Part shown: piece after piece, positions 38,569 through 51,535 of the stretch | Layout of the letters: the number at the start of each line of letters is the position of its first letter | Numbering within the stretch: the stretch's first letter is position 1 | Assembly (NCBI RefSeq): GCF_006345805.1 | Contig: NC_042997.1 | Coordinates: forward strand, 154,380,001-154,444,000 | Source of the DNA: Octopus sinensis | Lineage: Eukaryota | Direction of reading: 5' to 3' | Length of the DNA: 64,000 bases | Translations under genes and position numbers: made by a program | Notes under the pieces: model-generated | Seen by the model: the letters and a program-made list of their open reading frames with translations, nothing else | Databases searched by the model: none | What the model was told of the DNA's origin: nothing

Positions 38569-39190
38569 TCTATAATTATGAGTATAATTATAATTAGGGT
38601 TCAGCAAAATTTGCTTCACCACATACCGAAATTTAGAAATAGAAGTTAAAAACTACTATTCTACTACTATAAGATATCTCCCAGACAGCAATACTCAACA
38701 GCCCATGCAGGTAAAGAGGAAAAATAATGAATTGTCTCGGCTCTGATTAACTGTATACGCGTTTCGGAGTTAGAGAGATGTGAAAAATGTAAAATCATAT
38801 TTCTACTCACTCTCCTCATCAGTACAGTAATTCAAATTTTTAATTTAAGAGCACTGACAATAAACATACATATTTGACCAAGCGACATCAAACAGCATAT
38901 CCAAAGACCAGTACTTCCGAATTCAAACATACGAATGAGATATTGCATTCCTCTTCATTCACCCACGTGTGCCAACGAGTAAAATTATATTAACAATAGT
39001 AACAAAGGGTAAAATTAATTAATTAATTAATAATTAATAATTTCACCAAGTAGTTCGGTATGTTAAAAGAACCATTATCGGTAAACTTATACAAAAATTC
39101 TATAATTATGAGTATAACTATTTGGTAAAATTATTAATTATTAATTAATTAATTAATTTTACCCTTTGTTACTATTACCCTTTAATATTA
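38565..39190 (-). mobile_element. Hammerhead-bearing non-coding element (retrozyme/PLE pLTR-like), (AT)n on both sides
   Basis: 23-bp direct repeat at 38565 and 39095 (530-bp period), 61-bp inverted repeat 38995-39055/39116-39176, internal hammerhead. Confidence 0.7.
38746..38831 (-). ncRNA. Type I hammerhead ribozyme, intact core, long stem II
   Basis: Minus: ATTACTGTA-CTGATGA-GGAG..(~42 nt)..CTCC-GAAA-CGCG-TA-TACAGTTAAT; palindromic ACGCGT stem III, GUA triplet (A at 38756). Confidence 0.83.
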
Positions 39191-39193
39191 TTG

Positions 39194-39249
<56 letters not shown>

Positions 39250-39252
<3 letters not shown>

Positions 39253-40510
39253 GTACGAGGGGTATTTGAGGATAGTTTTGGTATACAATAAAACAACTAT
39301 ATTTTAGCATAAATAAATATGTATTTGATTAAACATTTGTGCAGTTAATCTTGATAATGATTTTTTAAGCAAATTATTCAATTATTCTATGAAACTGCCT
39401 TCTGCTTCGATGACTACTTCAATGCAGGGCTGAAATCGCTGGCATGCTGTCACTTATTCATTTCGGATATCACCTGGACAATAGTGGCCTTCAATGGAGC
39501 TATGGTATTATGAAGATGACGATTAGTCTCCCTTTCAACAGCGGTCCACACGTTGTAGTCCATGGGGTTCAAATCTGGCGAGTTTGGAGGTCACATATTT
39601 GGTGTTACATAAACGTAAAGATTGTCTGAGAACCAGTCTTGGGTGAGTAAAGCTTTGTGAGAAGATACTGACTCTCGTTGAAACACGTATGGCCTTTCAT
39701 TGCATACTTCAGCAATCCAGGGCTTGATAACAGTTTCCAGTACCTCAATGTGTCTAACAGCATTAACTCTAAGACCCTGTGGAAAAAAGTGGGGAGGGAT
39801 CACATGACCTTCTCCACTCACCACTCCTAAAACCATCACAGTTGCTGGAAATTTCGTGTGCATCACTCTGGGTACTTCAGAATGATCTACACATGACCAT
39901 CTGTCATTTCTTCTGTTAGACTTTTGATCCTGGTCAAAGTTTTTCCGTCAGAGAAAAACCAAAGCATGCCTTGTTCATGAGGGCTTTTTACTTTATTAAG
40001 TAACCATTTTGAATGGATGAGTACAGTTTTCCTGTGTCTTTGCAGACACGAATTGGCCTTTCCTCATTACATAGCACTTGTATCTAATGCGGTGCACCGC
40101 AGTTCTGATAGTCTACTCTGACACCCAAAATTCTTTAGCAATGAACCTCATGGGTCTTCTGGGGGTTTTATCGATAATATTTTGAACATGTGGAATAAAT
40201 TCCGGTGTCTTTTAGTATCTGAGCTTGTGAATGTTTTTCTTTTTGATACAGGTGAACCATTACCATCACATGCCTCCAATTCCAACCGAACTTTGTGTAC
40301 AAATGATCTTGCAACATTTAGAAAGTTGACAATTCCTAAACCACTGTGGTTTGCCATATATAACAACTATGACTGCAACTCTTCATTTCTTGAGTTAGCA
40401 TGATATCTTGAAAGGGTAATCTAAAAAAAAAAAAAAAGTGACGCGTTAAATAATTTGAAGGTGTAATGAACTAAAAAAACGAAATGTCCTCAAATACCCC
40501 TCGCACCCTG
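39250..40510 (-). mobile_element. Full-length decayed DD37D (maT) Tc1/mariner-superfamily transposon
   Basis: TIRs 39250-39272 and 40487-40510 (CAGG(G)T(A/G)CGAGGGGTATTTGAGGA) flanked by TA; HTKFPATVMVLGVVS, YVFQR(E) followed 37 residues later by D in PPNSPDLNPMDYNVW. Confidence 0.9.
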
Positions 40511-40622
<112 letters not shown>

Positions 40623-40730
40623 TTCGAATGACCCGTCCTTGTTTTCATTGTATCGTTTATCTGGATGTTTTGCGTTCTTGTCCCATTTTGTATTTTATAA
40701 TTATATATATAGCGGAGTACGTACACTTTG

Positions 40731-40832
<102 letters not shown>

Positions 40833-41392
40833 CATATATATGTTCTAATTCATTAATACGGAAGACAAAGTGTACTGGAAGCTTTATTTAGGACAACGAT
40901 CATTTCGGCTTACTTCTGCACTGGTCCTTAGGGGTTGAGAAACAATGTAATGGACTCCAATGCACCCCATAATACAGAAAAAAACTTCTTCAGGCTACAT
41001 AAAGCGGTTCAGCATATTCGGACTGATAATAACATTGCAATTTCACTTATCACTGCTTAGCGCTACCCCTTCGTAAATTACATAACACTTGTGGAAACAT
41101 TATGCAATCATACACTTTATCTCATCAGTGTTCTGCAATAAATTTGCCGTCATGCAAGTTATCAGTATGCAAATTATTGCACGTCACACAAAATAGCAAG
41201 GGGTTCGCAAAATATCACATCAAGGATGTTCAAAGAATGCCACGCCTCTCTCAAATACAAATTAGTGCGATCAGAGTGGGTGAAAGAGAGAGAGGGTAGG
41301 GAGAGAGAGAGAGAGGAGAGGAAGGAAGGAAAATAAACTTATAAAGCGATAAAAACTGAAAGGGGTAAAAACATTGACCAAACTGATAGCAG

Positions 41393-41430
<38 letters not shown>

Positions 41431-41570
41431 ACACACACACACACACACACGCACACAGACTCACACACACACACACATGAAAATGAGATGACAAAGAAAT
41501 AAAGGTTTTATCACGTGAAATAGCGAAGCTCATAAGATAATCGTTTCTTTTTTTGTCACCTCATTTTCTT

Positions 41571-41743
41571 GGTTTGAAAATGCAATTTTAAAAGATGTTT
41601 ATTTACTTTACCGGTTTCACTCTTTGGAAAAAGATTGTCAAAAGTAACATGTAGAAGTTTAGTTGCGTTAATTACTGGTTGTTATTTCCAAGAGTGAAAC
41701 CGGTAAAGTAAATAAACATCTTTTAAAATTGCATTTTCAAACC
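41571..41743. repeat. Perfect 53-bp inverted repeat
   Basis: 41571-41623 is the exact reverse complement of 41691-41743; a single-arm homolog lies at ~45903-45985. Confidence 0.93.
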
Positions 41744-41750
41744 TTCTTTC

Positions 41751-41873
<123 letters not shown>

Positions 41874-41874
41874 G

Positions 41875-41906
<32 letters not shown>

Positions 41907-41951
41907 ATATATATATATATATATATATTATATTTATATATATATATATAT

Positions 41952-42278
41952 GTGAAGGCGCAGTGGTTAGAGCGTCGAGCTTACGATCGTGAGGTTGTGA
42001 GCTCGAGTCCCGGACTGGCTGCGTGTTGTGTTCTTGAGCAGGCACTTTATTTCACGTTGCCCCAGTTCACTCAGCTGTAGAAATGAGTTGCGGACGTCAC
42101 TGGTGCCAAGCTGTATCGACCTTTGTCTTTCCCTTGGATAACACTGGTGGCGTGGAGAGGGGAGGCTGGATGCATGGGCGACTGCTGGTCTTCCATAAAC
42201 ATCTCGCCCGGACTTGTGTCTAGGAGGGTAACTTTCTAGGTGCATCCCATGGTCTGTGTCGTGACCGAAGGGGGTCTC
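41952..42278 (+). mobile_element. SINE family A (tail type 1) inside (AT)n
   Basis: High identity to 533-868 with a small head deletion. Confidence 0.9.
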
Positions 42279-42402
42279 CGAATATACATATATACATATA
42301 TATATATACACACACACACACATATATATTACATATACATATATATATATATATACATACATATATACATATATATATATATACATATATATACATATAT
42401 AC

Positions 42403-42457
<55 letters not shown>

Positions 42458-42504
42458 ATATATATGTATATATATATATGTATATATATGTTATAATATA
42501 TATA

Positions 42505-42535
<31 letters not shown>

Positions 42536-42557
42536 GTTATATATATATATGTGTGTG

Positions 42558-42601
<44 letters not shown>

Positions 42602-42617
42602 ATATATATATATACCA

Positions 42618-42829
42618 CCACGCTGGAAATAGCAGCCAAAATCTGTCTCTAAAACCACATTAAATGTTCATACAACACCAGGAGAGAAGACAAAAAGACA
42701 AAATACTAGAAAAAAAATTACTGGATAATTCCGGATCCCGGATTTCTGGCTTTGCATAAGAAATGCAATGTGGTTTTAGAAATGCAATGTAGTTTTAGAG
42801 TCAGGTTTTGGCTGCCATTTCCAGCGTGG
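42618..42829. repeat. Inverted repeat, ~44-bp arms
   Basis: CCACGCTGGAAATAGCAGCCAAAATCTG.. versus ..CAGGTTTTGGCTGCCATTTCCAGCGTGG. Confidence 0.85.
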
Positions 42830-43221
42830 CGCGGTATCTCTTAGATACCCTAAATTATAATTTTAATAATAATTATTATCTTTGAAGGTTTTTATTCCCA
42901 TGCTGGCCACTTGATAAGATCGATATTTAAATTAACGATCTTATCCTTATTTATATATATATATAATATAGATAATATATAAATATACTTCATATATATA
43001 TGTCCTGTACCCATATATGCAAGTATATATACATATATATGTAGGTATGTACATATATGTATGCATATATTTATATATTATTTATATTATTATATGATCA
43101 AATGACACACAACCTTTTACAAGAAAGTATGTATATATATATATTATAATATGAGGGAATATTATTCAAATCTTACAGGGAAAAATTCAATTTAGAAATA
43201 CTAAATCAAAATATAATACTC

Positions 43222-43647
43222 TTTTACTCTTTTTACTCTTTTACTTGTTTCAGTCATTTGACTGCGGCCATGCTGGAGCACCGCCTTTAGTCGAGCAAAT
43301 CGACCCCGGGACTTATTCTTTGTAAGCCCAGTACTTATTCTATCGGTCTCTTTTGCCGAACCGCTAAGCGACGGGGACGTAAACACACCAGCATCGGTTG
43401 TCAAGCAATGCTAAGAGGACAAACACAGACACACAAACATACACACACATACACACATAAATATATATATATACATATATACGACAGGCTTCTTTCAGTT
43501 TCCGTCTACCAAATCCACTCACAAGGCATTGGTCGGCGCGGGGCTATAGCAGAAGACACTTGCCCAAGATGCCACGCAGTGGGACTGAACCCGGAACCAT
43601 GTGGCTGGTTAGCAAGCTACTTACCACACAGCCACTCCTGCGCCTAT
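43222..43647 (-). mobile_element. SINE family B, full length, young-looking
   Basis: Complete head, internal microsatellite and (AAAAGAGT)n tail. Confidence 0.92.
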
Positions 43648-43657
43648 ATAATATATA

Positions 43658-43900
43658 TATATAAATTAGAAAAAAAAATCACCTTTTATCAATTCAATAA
43701 TGAAAAATTAAATTATACCGTCTGAAAAATTACATATAATAGAAAGATTAAATATAAGATAAAACATAAAACGATGATTAAGTAATATGTAAAATAATAA
43801 ATAAAACGTAAAACGTATATATTTGGTAGAATATATATTATGTAATTTTCTAGAAGTTATAATTTTTCATTATTGAATTGATAAAAGATGTTTTTTCTAA

Positions 43901-43908
<8 letters not shown>
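43658..43908. repeat. AT-rich fold-back element, ~75-bp arms, between (AT)n tracts
   Basis: CTTTTATCAATTCAATAATGAAAAATTA versus TAATTTTTCATTATTGAATTGATAAAAG. Confidence 0.8.
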
Positions 43909-43956
<48 letters not shown>

Positions 43957-44011
43957 CAAAATAGCTAGTTATAAAATCTTAAGAAGAGGTAGAGCAGTAA
44001 CGTATACTAAA

Positions 44012-44353
44012 CAGTAAAGTGTGTAACCACATCAAGTAGCAGTTGAATATTACAACTAGTTTAACGCCAGGTGGATTCTTCGCCAGCTGGTTTTCGGTGC
44101 AAGCTCTGCACCCTCTATATACAATACATCGCCAACAGGGGGAGCGAACCAATAGCTAAATTGAGCCAAATAGCTCGAAACTGGGCCAGTACAGTGATCC
44201 TGTTAGCTGCAAGAGAATAGTTGGGGTTCGCTTCTTCCTGCGTTGTATATACAGAGTGCAGACCTTGCACTTAAAACCAACCGGCGGAGAATCCGCCCGG
44301 GGTTAAACTAGTAGTAACATTCAGCTGCCACTTTGATGTGGCTACTCGCTTTA

Positions 44354-44356
<3 letters not shown>
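44012..44356. mobile_element. MITE-like fold-back element (345 bp, ~113-bp arms)
   Basis: Termini CAGTAAAG..CTTTACTG|TA; arms 44012-44124 and 44243-44356 about 84% complementary by hand count. Confidence 0.8.
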
Positions 44357-44420
<64 letters not shown>

Positions 44421-44450
44421 TATATATATATGTGTATATGTATATATATG

Positions 44451-44484
<34 letters not shown>

Positions 44485-44505
44485 TATATATATATGTGTA
44501 TATGT

Positions 44506-44538
<33 letters not shown>

Positions 44539-44640
44539 GACCGGAGTAAACACATAAATGTGAAACAAGGTAGCAAAAAGAGTACTCAAATACCAGTGGT
44601 AGAGTAATATGCTTTATTTTAAGCAGCAGAAAATTCAACA

Positions 44641-44687
44641 AAATCTGTTACTCTGAGTTTCTCGTTGCCGTTCATCAGACAGTTTTT
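44641..44687 (-). ncRNA. Minimal type I hammerhead-like motif
   Basis: Minus: AAAAACTGT-CTGATGA-ACG(GCAA)CGA-GAAA-CTCAGAG-TA-ACAGATTTT; GUA triplet; A.A mismatch at 10.1/11.1; lies in a ~160-bp unit (44539-44700) abutting (AT)n. Confidence 0.6.
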
Positions 44688-44798
44688 GCTAGAATGGAAC
44701 TTATATATTAATTCAATGTATACTCTTACAAACGCTACACCTTTAAAAAGAAATGGACTTGTTTGATTGGCCCTTTATATATATATATATATATATTC

Positions 44799-44856
<58 letters not shown>

Positions 44857-44891
44857 ATATGCATATGTATATATATATATATATGTATAAG

Positions 44892-44928
<37 letters not shown>

Positions 44929-44951
44929 TCATATATATATATATATGTTTG

Positions 44952-45034
<83 letters not shown>

Positions 45035-45723
45035 TATGGTTATCGAATACCTGAAGGGTGTATTCAGTGTTTATATTGATGTATGTATGCCTTGTGTATA
45101 GGTACGCATGTATGTAATGCTTCAAGGAGTAAAACGCCATATCTTGCATAGTTATTGTCTTGTGGTAAAGACTATCTTTAACGCTAAGAACTGAGGCAAA
45201 ATCCCGAAAGAAATACTGTTGCATGGCTTCATTTTTGGCGGGGATACTTTACATCATTCAACCAAGTACTGCAGATAGGATAGCATAACGCATACTTGTC
45301 TTGATTGGTTCAGTGGGCTGAAACAGATGCAGCTCCCCGTGTGAATGTTTATAGTAACTTGCAAACGTTAGCACCGCTTCAATAATTAAAAAAAAATTAA
45401 AACAAACACTTGAAATCAGCCTTTATGATTATTTAACACTCTCATGCACACGCGAATACAGATATGCGTATACACCTTAATACAAGTTTGGAGTCCAGTA
45501 GTAGCAGAGATGTATATATTTTCGAGTCTCTTTGATGACAGAAATTTAGCACTGTAAGTGTGAAAAGTGTACTACTGAGACATATGTTTTCACAAACTGA
45601 CGCACACAAACAGATACACGTATATATTGTATATGCTAGTGTATGCGTATGTATATATGAATATATATGTGTATGTATATGAATATATATATATTTACAT
45701 TTATACAAGTATATATATGTAAA

Positions 45724-45765
<42 letters not shown>

Positions 45766-46249
45766 TATTAGAGACAAAACCACTATTTTGCAAAACAAAC
45801 AATGAAAGACTTAATCAATACATAAAATTTTAATAAATATGTATGTATATATAACAGAGTAAACTTGCAAGGTACCGCACGGATGAAAATATATAGGGAA
45901 GAGGGTTTGAAAATGCAGAGGTCTTTTAATGATGTTTATTCACTTTTTTAAAAAAGATTATCAAAAGTAAAATGTAAAGCTTTGTATAAGCTTTGTTGTG
46001 TTAAAAAATGGTTATCATAATTGTTTTCAAATACAGTTATACAATCTTTGAAAATGATGAGAAAATGTTGAGAGATGATTTTTGTTTAAACAGTTTACAT
46101 GAAAGTGTTCAAAATAGGGAGTAAAATAAATTTATAATTATTTCAAGTTCATCAAAAATCATGGTTGTATAAGAAACATATATACTGAAGGAAATATATT
46201 TAAGTATTTATACTGAATTTTAGGGGAATAACCAACCTTTCCATTCATC

Positions 46250-47110
46250 ATCTTCTGTCTTGTAGTGTGTGTATTTGAGATGTTTGCTATTTTTAAACAT
46301 AGTGTGGGAGGTTGGTTGCTGGGGGAGAGCATTGTGGAATCAAAATGAATATTTTTGCTTTTGGGCTAGTCTGTCACGGTTCAGTAGTTTTTGGGACTGG
46401 TCTTAGAGTTCAAAATGGTGTGTGTGTGTCTGTGCACGATTCTATGTGTGTGTGTGTGCATATATATGTGCTTGTGTTTGGACATAAAACTGGTTATGGC
46501 GTACTTGAAAAATTGTAAACTCCATACATAATAGTTCAGTGGGTTGAGGCCTGGTGAATTAGGAGGTCGTGTCTCTGAGAGGGCATACTTGGATTGTTTA
46601 GCCTTATCAGACGGCGTAGAGTTTTGTTGGAAGATGTATGGTCTTCCGTTACGTACTCTGTCTATTCAGAGCCACACAACTTTCTTCAACACCTCTGTGT
46701 AGACAGCGGCATTGACTCTTAAATTCAGTGAAGAAAGTGAGGAGGTATGACATCTTTCTCGCTGCTGATGACTCCCAGAACCATCACAGTTGCTGGAAAC
46801 TGTTGTTACTCGGTTTACCTTTTGATCTTATCGAAGTTTTTCTCAACTAAAGCATTCCAGCTTCCAGGTGATATAACTTGCTTAGCAAGCACTTTGCACG
46901 AATTGAACGATTCTCTCTTGTTACATCCGACATAAACTGACCCCTCTGCAGCACATACGACTTGTACAGGATGTTCTTACATACAACTCTTCTGATGATG
47001 CATTCTAAAACCTTGAGGTCCTTTTCAATGGCTCTAATTGACTTCTCGTGGGTTTTATCGATTGCTTTTTGGACATTTTGTACAAAGTTCTAATTTTCTG
47101 GTAGTATTAT
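46250..47110 (-). mobile_element. Second, more decayed maT-like transposase remnant
   Basis: Minus translation QQFPATVMVLGVISSEKDVIPPHF, homologous to the 39.2-40.5 kb element; TIRs not identified. Confidence 0.7.
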
Positions 47111-47532
47111 GACCCTGCGATTGCGTCTTGCATTTAGTTGCTACCCGGTCAGCAGCTTCAAGCTCACTTTGAGCTTTGACAACGAAAGTTCAAGCGAGCT
47201 ATCTCTGTATCACTGTGCTGTACTTTTTGGGCAACATTTGCTGAGTCAACCAGCAAAGTGTTTTGGTGTACGACCTTTCAAGTATAAGCACCGTATTACT
47301 TATCTGCATTCAACTGCTTCCTTAGCCCGCTTCAGCAGCCGTAAAAGACAAACGAATAAAAGTGGAAAGCTGCAATTTACAATGTGACATGTAGAGAGAT
47401 GTATGATTATACCTGTACAAGTTCCTTTTCCTGCAATAACTGGAAGTGGGTCAATGTAAATCTTTAATGAACACTCCTCGTGTGTGTGTATAATAATAAT
47501 AATAATGATAATAATAATAATAATAATAATAA

Positions 47533-48055
47533 TGGCTTCTGATCTTAACTGATTGGAAGTGTTATCATGTACATTGTTTTGTCTTGGTATAAAAGATGGG
47601 CTACAGCAAATATTCTGCTCAATACCACAGATTTGCTTGTCAGTTGTTTTACCTTAACCAGTTGAGCATGTCCCTTAGTGGCTGACGATATGTGCATCTC
47701 TGATCACGAGCAGAAGTAGTGGGGGAGCATCATAGCCATGTGTTGAGAGGGATTCTTTGGGGTTTGAATAATTCACCTCTGGAAACATGGGTGGTTCTTT
47801 CAACATCCTTAAACAACCCTTATTCAGGGACCTTTTGAGCAGGATGGGCTACTCAACCTGAAGAAAATTCTAACTGGGCCCCACCTGCAAGGTCATGTGC
47901 TGTTTATCTTGATATGAGATCACCATGTCGCGCACATATGGTTCTGATGCATGTGCCTGGTGTACCCTTATCAGACGGGTAGTCATGATGGGTATATTGG
48001 GCTTCGTATATTTTACCCCAGTGTCACTTTGATGGCATGAACTGCTCTCTCACTC
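47533..48055. mobile_element. ~523-bp non-coding element inserted in (AAT)n
   Basis: Sharp switch to GC-richer unique sequence with (AAT)n tracts at 47489-47532 and 48056-48090. Confidence 0.6.
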
Positions 48056-48124
<69 letters not shown>

Positions 48125-48129
48125 AATGT

Positions 48130-48412
48130 TATATATGTGTGTGTATGCATGCATGAATGTATGTAAATAGGTATGTATGGATGTACATACGCACGTATGT
48201 ATGTGTGTGTTTATGTATGTATGTGTGCAATCATGCATGTATGTAAGTATGTATTTATGTATGTATGCAATCATGCATGTATGTATGTATGTATGTATTT
48301 ATGTATGTATGTATCCATGCATGCATGCATGCATGTATGTATGTATGCATGCATGCATGTATGTATGTATGTATGTATGTATGTATGTATGTATGTACGT
48401 ATGTATGAATGA
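48130..48412. repeat. Degenerate (ATGT/ATGC)n microsatellite
   Basis: Read directly. Confidence 0.93.
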
Positions 48413-49081
48413 GTGAGTGAAGTGTTTATACACATCGTTAATAGGGAAAGTCGTAATTCGAAACGAACTGCAACAACGAAATGCCATGCTCACGTTCGAC
48501 TATGCAGAACGTATAAAGGATAGATGTACCCATCATAAATATTTGTGTGAATGTTTCACTTTAACGCAACGACTAGCAAAATAAAATGTATCACATCGAA
48601 GCCTTCACTGAGGAGATCAGTGCAATAAGTGAACCGACTGTAACCCGAAATTGAGACCTCCTTGCTTCCTGTACTACGAACTTTCTCAACGAATTTCTAT
48701 GTTATATAAAACTATTGAATAGCATAACTGTTTAAATTTTGAGAATTTTGAAAAGTTATTACAATTTTATGTCGCGTATTGAATAACAAAATTAATAATA
48801 TAGTTGTAGATGCGTTTATTTTGAGAATCATTCTCCACATTGAAATCTGTGAAGAAAATAGACTAACTGCAGACATAGCCACGTACACCAAAAGAATGTA
48901 CAGCGTCTTCGTTGTTTATTGTTTCGCTCACTGGACTAGAAAATTAACTGTACAAGCTATGTCTATGCAGGTATTTACGCATGCGTGTATAGAGTGTGTA
49001 AGAATTTTATATCCAGATATAAATACATATACACATAAACACACACACGCAAGCACTCCACTCACACACACAATATATATA

Positions 49082-49184
<103 letters not shown>

Positions 49185-51364
49185 GCATATATATATACAT
49201 ATATATACACACGTGTGTGTTTGTGTGCGTGTGTGTGTGTATACACACGCACTCACCTCCTACACACATTTAACGGGTGTATGTGGTAGCAGTTTTACGG
49301 ATGTGTGTTTTTAATAGATAGCTTTTGTTGTTGCTTATTAAAGAATGCCAGAGATAAAGCTAATAAGGTTAAAGCAGTTTATATAGATGTGTATATTTGT
49401 ATCTTTTGTTAATAAATCTGCAAAGAGTTGTTGAACTCTTTTTCTTTTAAAGATAGAATATACAATCGTTTACTGGATGTGATTCGGAATTCGAAAATAT
49501 GTTTTTGTTATATCTATCACCCAATGGTCTGGTTGTACGCGATTTACTTTCAATGAATCTGCGTTCGATATAAATATTGAAAAATTCAGGAGAGATATGT
49601 TAAATTTCTTGTGGTTGTTAGAATTATGGCTTTTGATAACAAAATATAAAACATGTTTATTCCGTAATTTGAAATAATGAAACTAGAAACTTAAGGATAC
49701 TTATCATAAATAGTACGAAATACAGGGAGTTTGGAAAGATAAATAGATCTAAGTTAGAAGAAATGCCTTTAGGATCTATAGATAATTTCGTTGATAAATC
49801 GTGCGAAATATACAAGATAGGCGCAGATGTTTTTGAGGTTTGGAAATGAAAAGTAACTAACTTGATTAGAGAAAGGATAAGAATGGATTTGGTTAAAGTA
49901 AAAGAGTAAGCTCTTTGGAAATGTGAAGTCAAAGAGTACGTAAGTGAGATATATGATAAGAATAGTGTTGTGCCAACGGATAAGTAATTTCGTGGTTATA
50001 TGTAAAAAAAAGTACTATTTGATGATGTTACTCAAAGAGTTGAGAATGAATAGTGATTATAATTTCAGTGGCGATAAGATATATAAAGCGGTGTTAGAGG
50101 ATAATATATTGATCGATAGTTTAGTTCCTAAAGTAGGAAAGTCAGACAATAGTAGTGTAAGGAGAAAAATAGATGCATAATTAAATCGTTTTGGATTCCG
50201 AAAATATATAATATACCGTACAAAAGTAGATTTATAGCTAGCGTTTGCAAGAGTACAAAGAGAACTGTTGCATTCTAAACAACGTATTTATGTTATTCGA
50301 ACGGCTTTTGTGAGATATATTGCAATGCAATACAAAAACTTCTAGTATAAAATTTGTTGTGGAGTAATAGATCTGAATTCCTGAGTATATATTCACTGGC
50401 GTAAAGGAAATTAAAATCCATGCATGTGATTGTTCTTTGCTACGTGCAAATTTAGATTTATAACTGAAGGCAGATGAAGATGAAGCAATGGATCTGGTTT
50501 TCGTTGAATAATATGAATGTAAATTGCTTTAAGATGGTAAAAATGTTTTGTCTAAGGTAACATATAATGGATATATACGAGTTGGACAAGGGAAAAGCTG
50601 AAAGGAATTAGATTTGTGATTAGCAATGAATGCTAATTTCGATTTCAGATAGTGTTTAACTTAGGAGCATCACTACGGATTTTAAATGTAGTCCTTCGTT
50701 TACTGACGTATTAATTATCGTGTGAGTTTAGTTTTCTTAACAATTTGTGCAAAAAGAAGAAAAAAAACCGATCGGTTTGATTAAGCAGTGGAGTGGATGT
50801 TGTAAGGTAAATAGATGATATTCTTGTTTCTAATTTCCTTTCTTGATTTTACTTCATAAAATTTGTCCTCGTGATTTGAAAGCGAACCGAAGTGGTTTTG
50901 ATGTTAAAATGCAATTATTTAGATGTTATGATAGAGGATGGTAATAATATTAATTAATGTTTATGATATAAAGAATGATTTTAATTTTAAAGTGACGGTA
51001 ATGCCTTATGTTTCTAGCTACATTCCAGATAGTTTGGGTTACAGCTTGTTTTCCAGCCATATAGTTTGGGTTTACGGCAGAATAAATAATCATTTTGAAT
51101 TATTCACAGATAAATTAAATCATCCAATGGAACGAATGATAAAGCTAGGACAACTCAGTAAATTAGTAATTAAATATTTTAATTGAAACTTTCATATACA
51201 CGGTGATAGTTTGAAAATTTACATTTTATATTAATATATTATAACTCTGAATTTACCTGAATTCCATAAAGTGCAAATTTTAGCGAGAACTTCATGACCT
51301 ATGCAAGAAGATATTCTCACTTTATTTGTCTATTATTATTAATATAATAAATCAAATGCATACT

Positions 51365-51535
51365 GGTAGTTCTCCCGGCTCTTCACGTTCTGAGTTCAAA
51401 TTTCGCCGTGGTCGACTTTGCTTTTCATCCTTCCAGGGTCGATAAATTAAGTGCCAGTTTCGCACTGGGGTCGATGTAATTGACTGGTCCCCTTCCACCA
51501 AATATCAGGCCTTATGCCTATGGCAGAAAGGATTA
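51365..51535 (+). mobile_element. SINE family C (alternative tail)
   Basis: Family C body followed by CAGGCCTTATGCCTATGGCAGAAAGGATTATTATT. Confidence 0.82.

Noticed and set aside
48605-48665. CTGAGGA...GAAA hammerhead-like motif
   Set aside because: No convincing stem I or stem III pairing
49330-51200. Possible very old LINE remnant on the minus strand
   Set aside because: Strand-asymmetric composition but no diagnostic RT motif recovered
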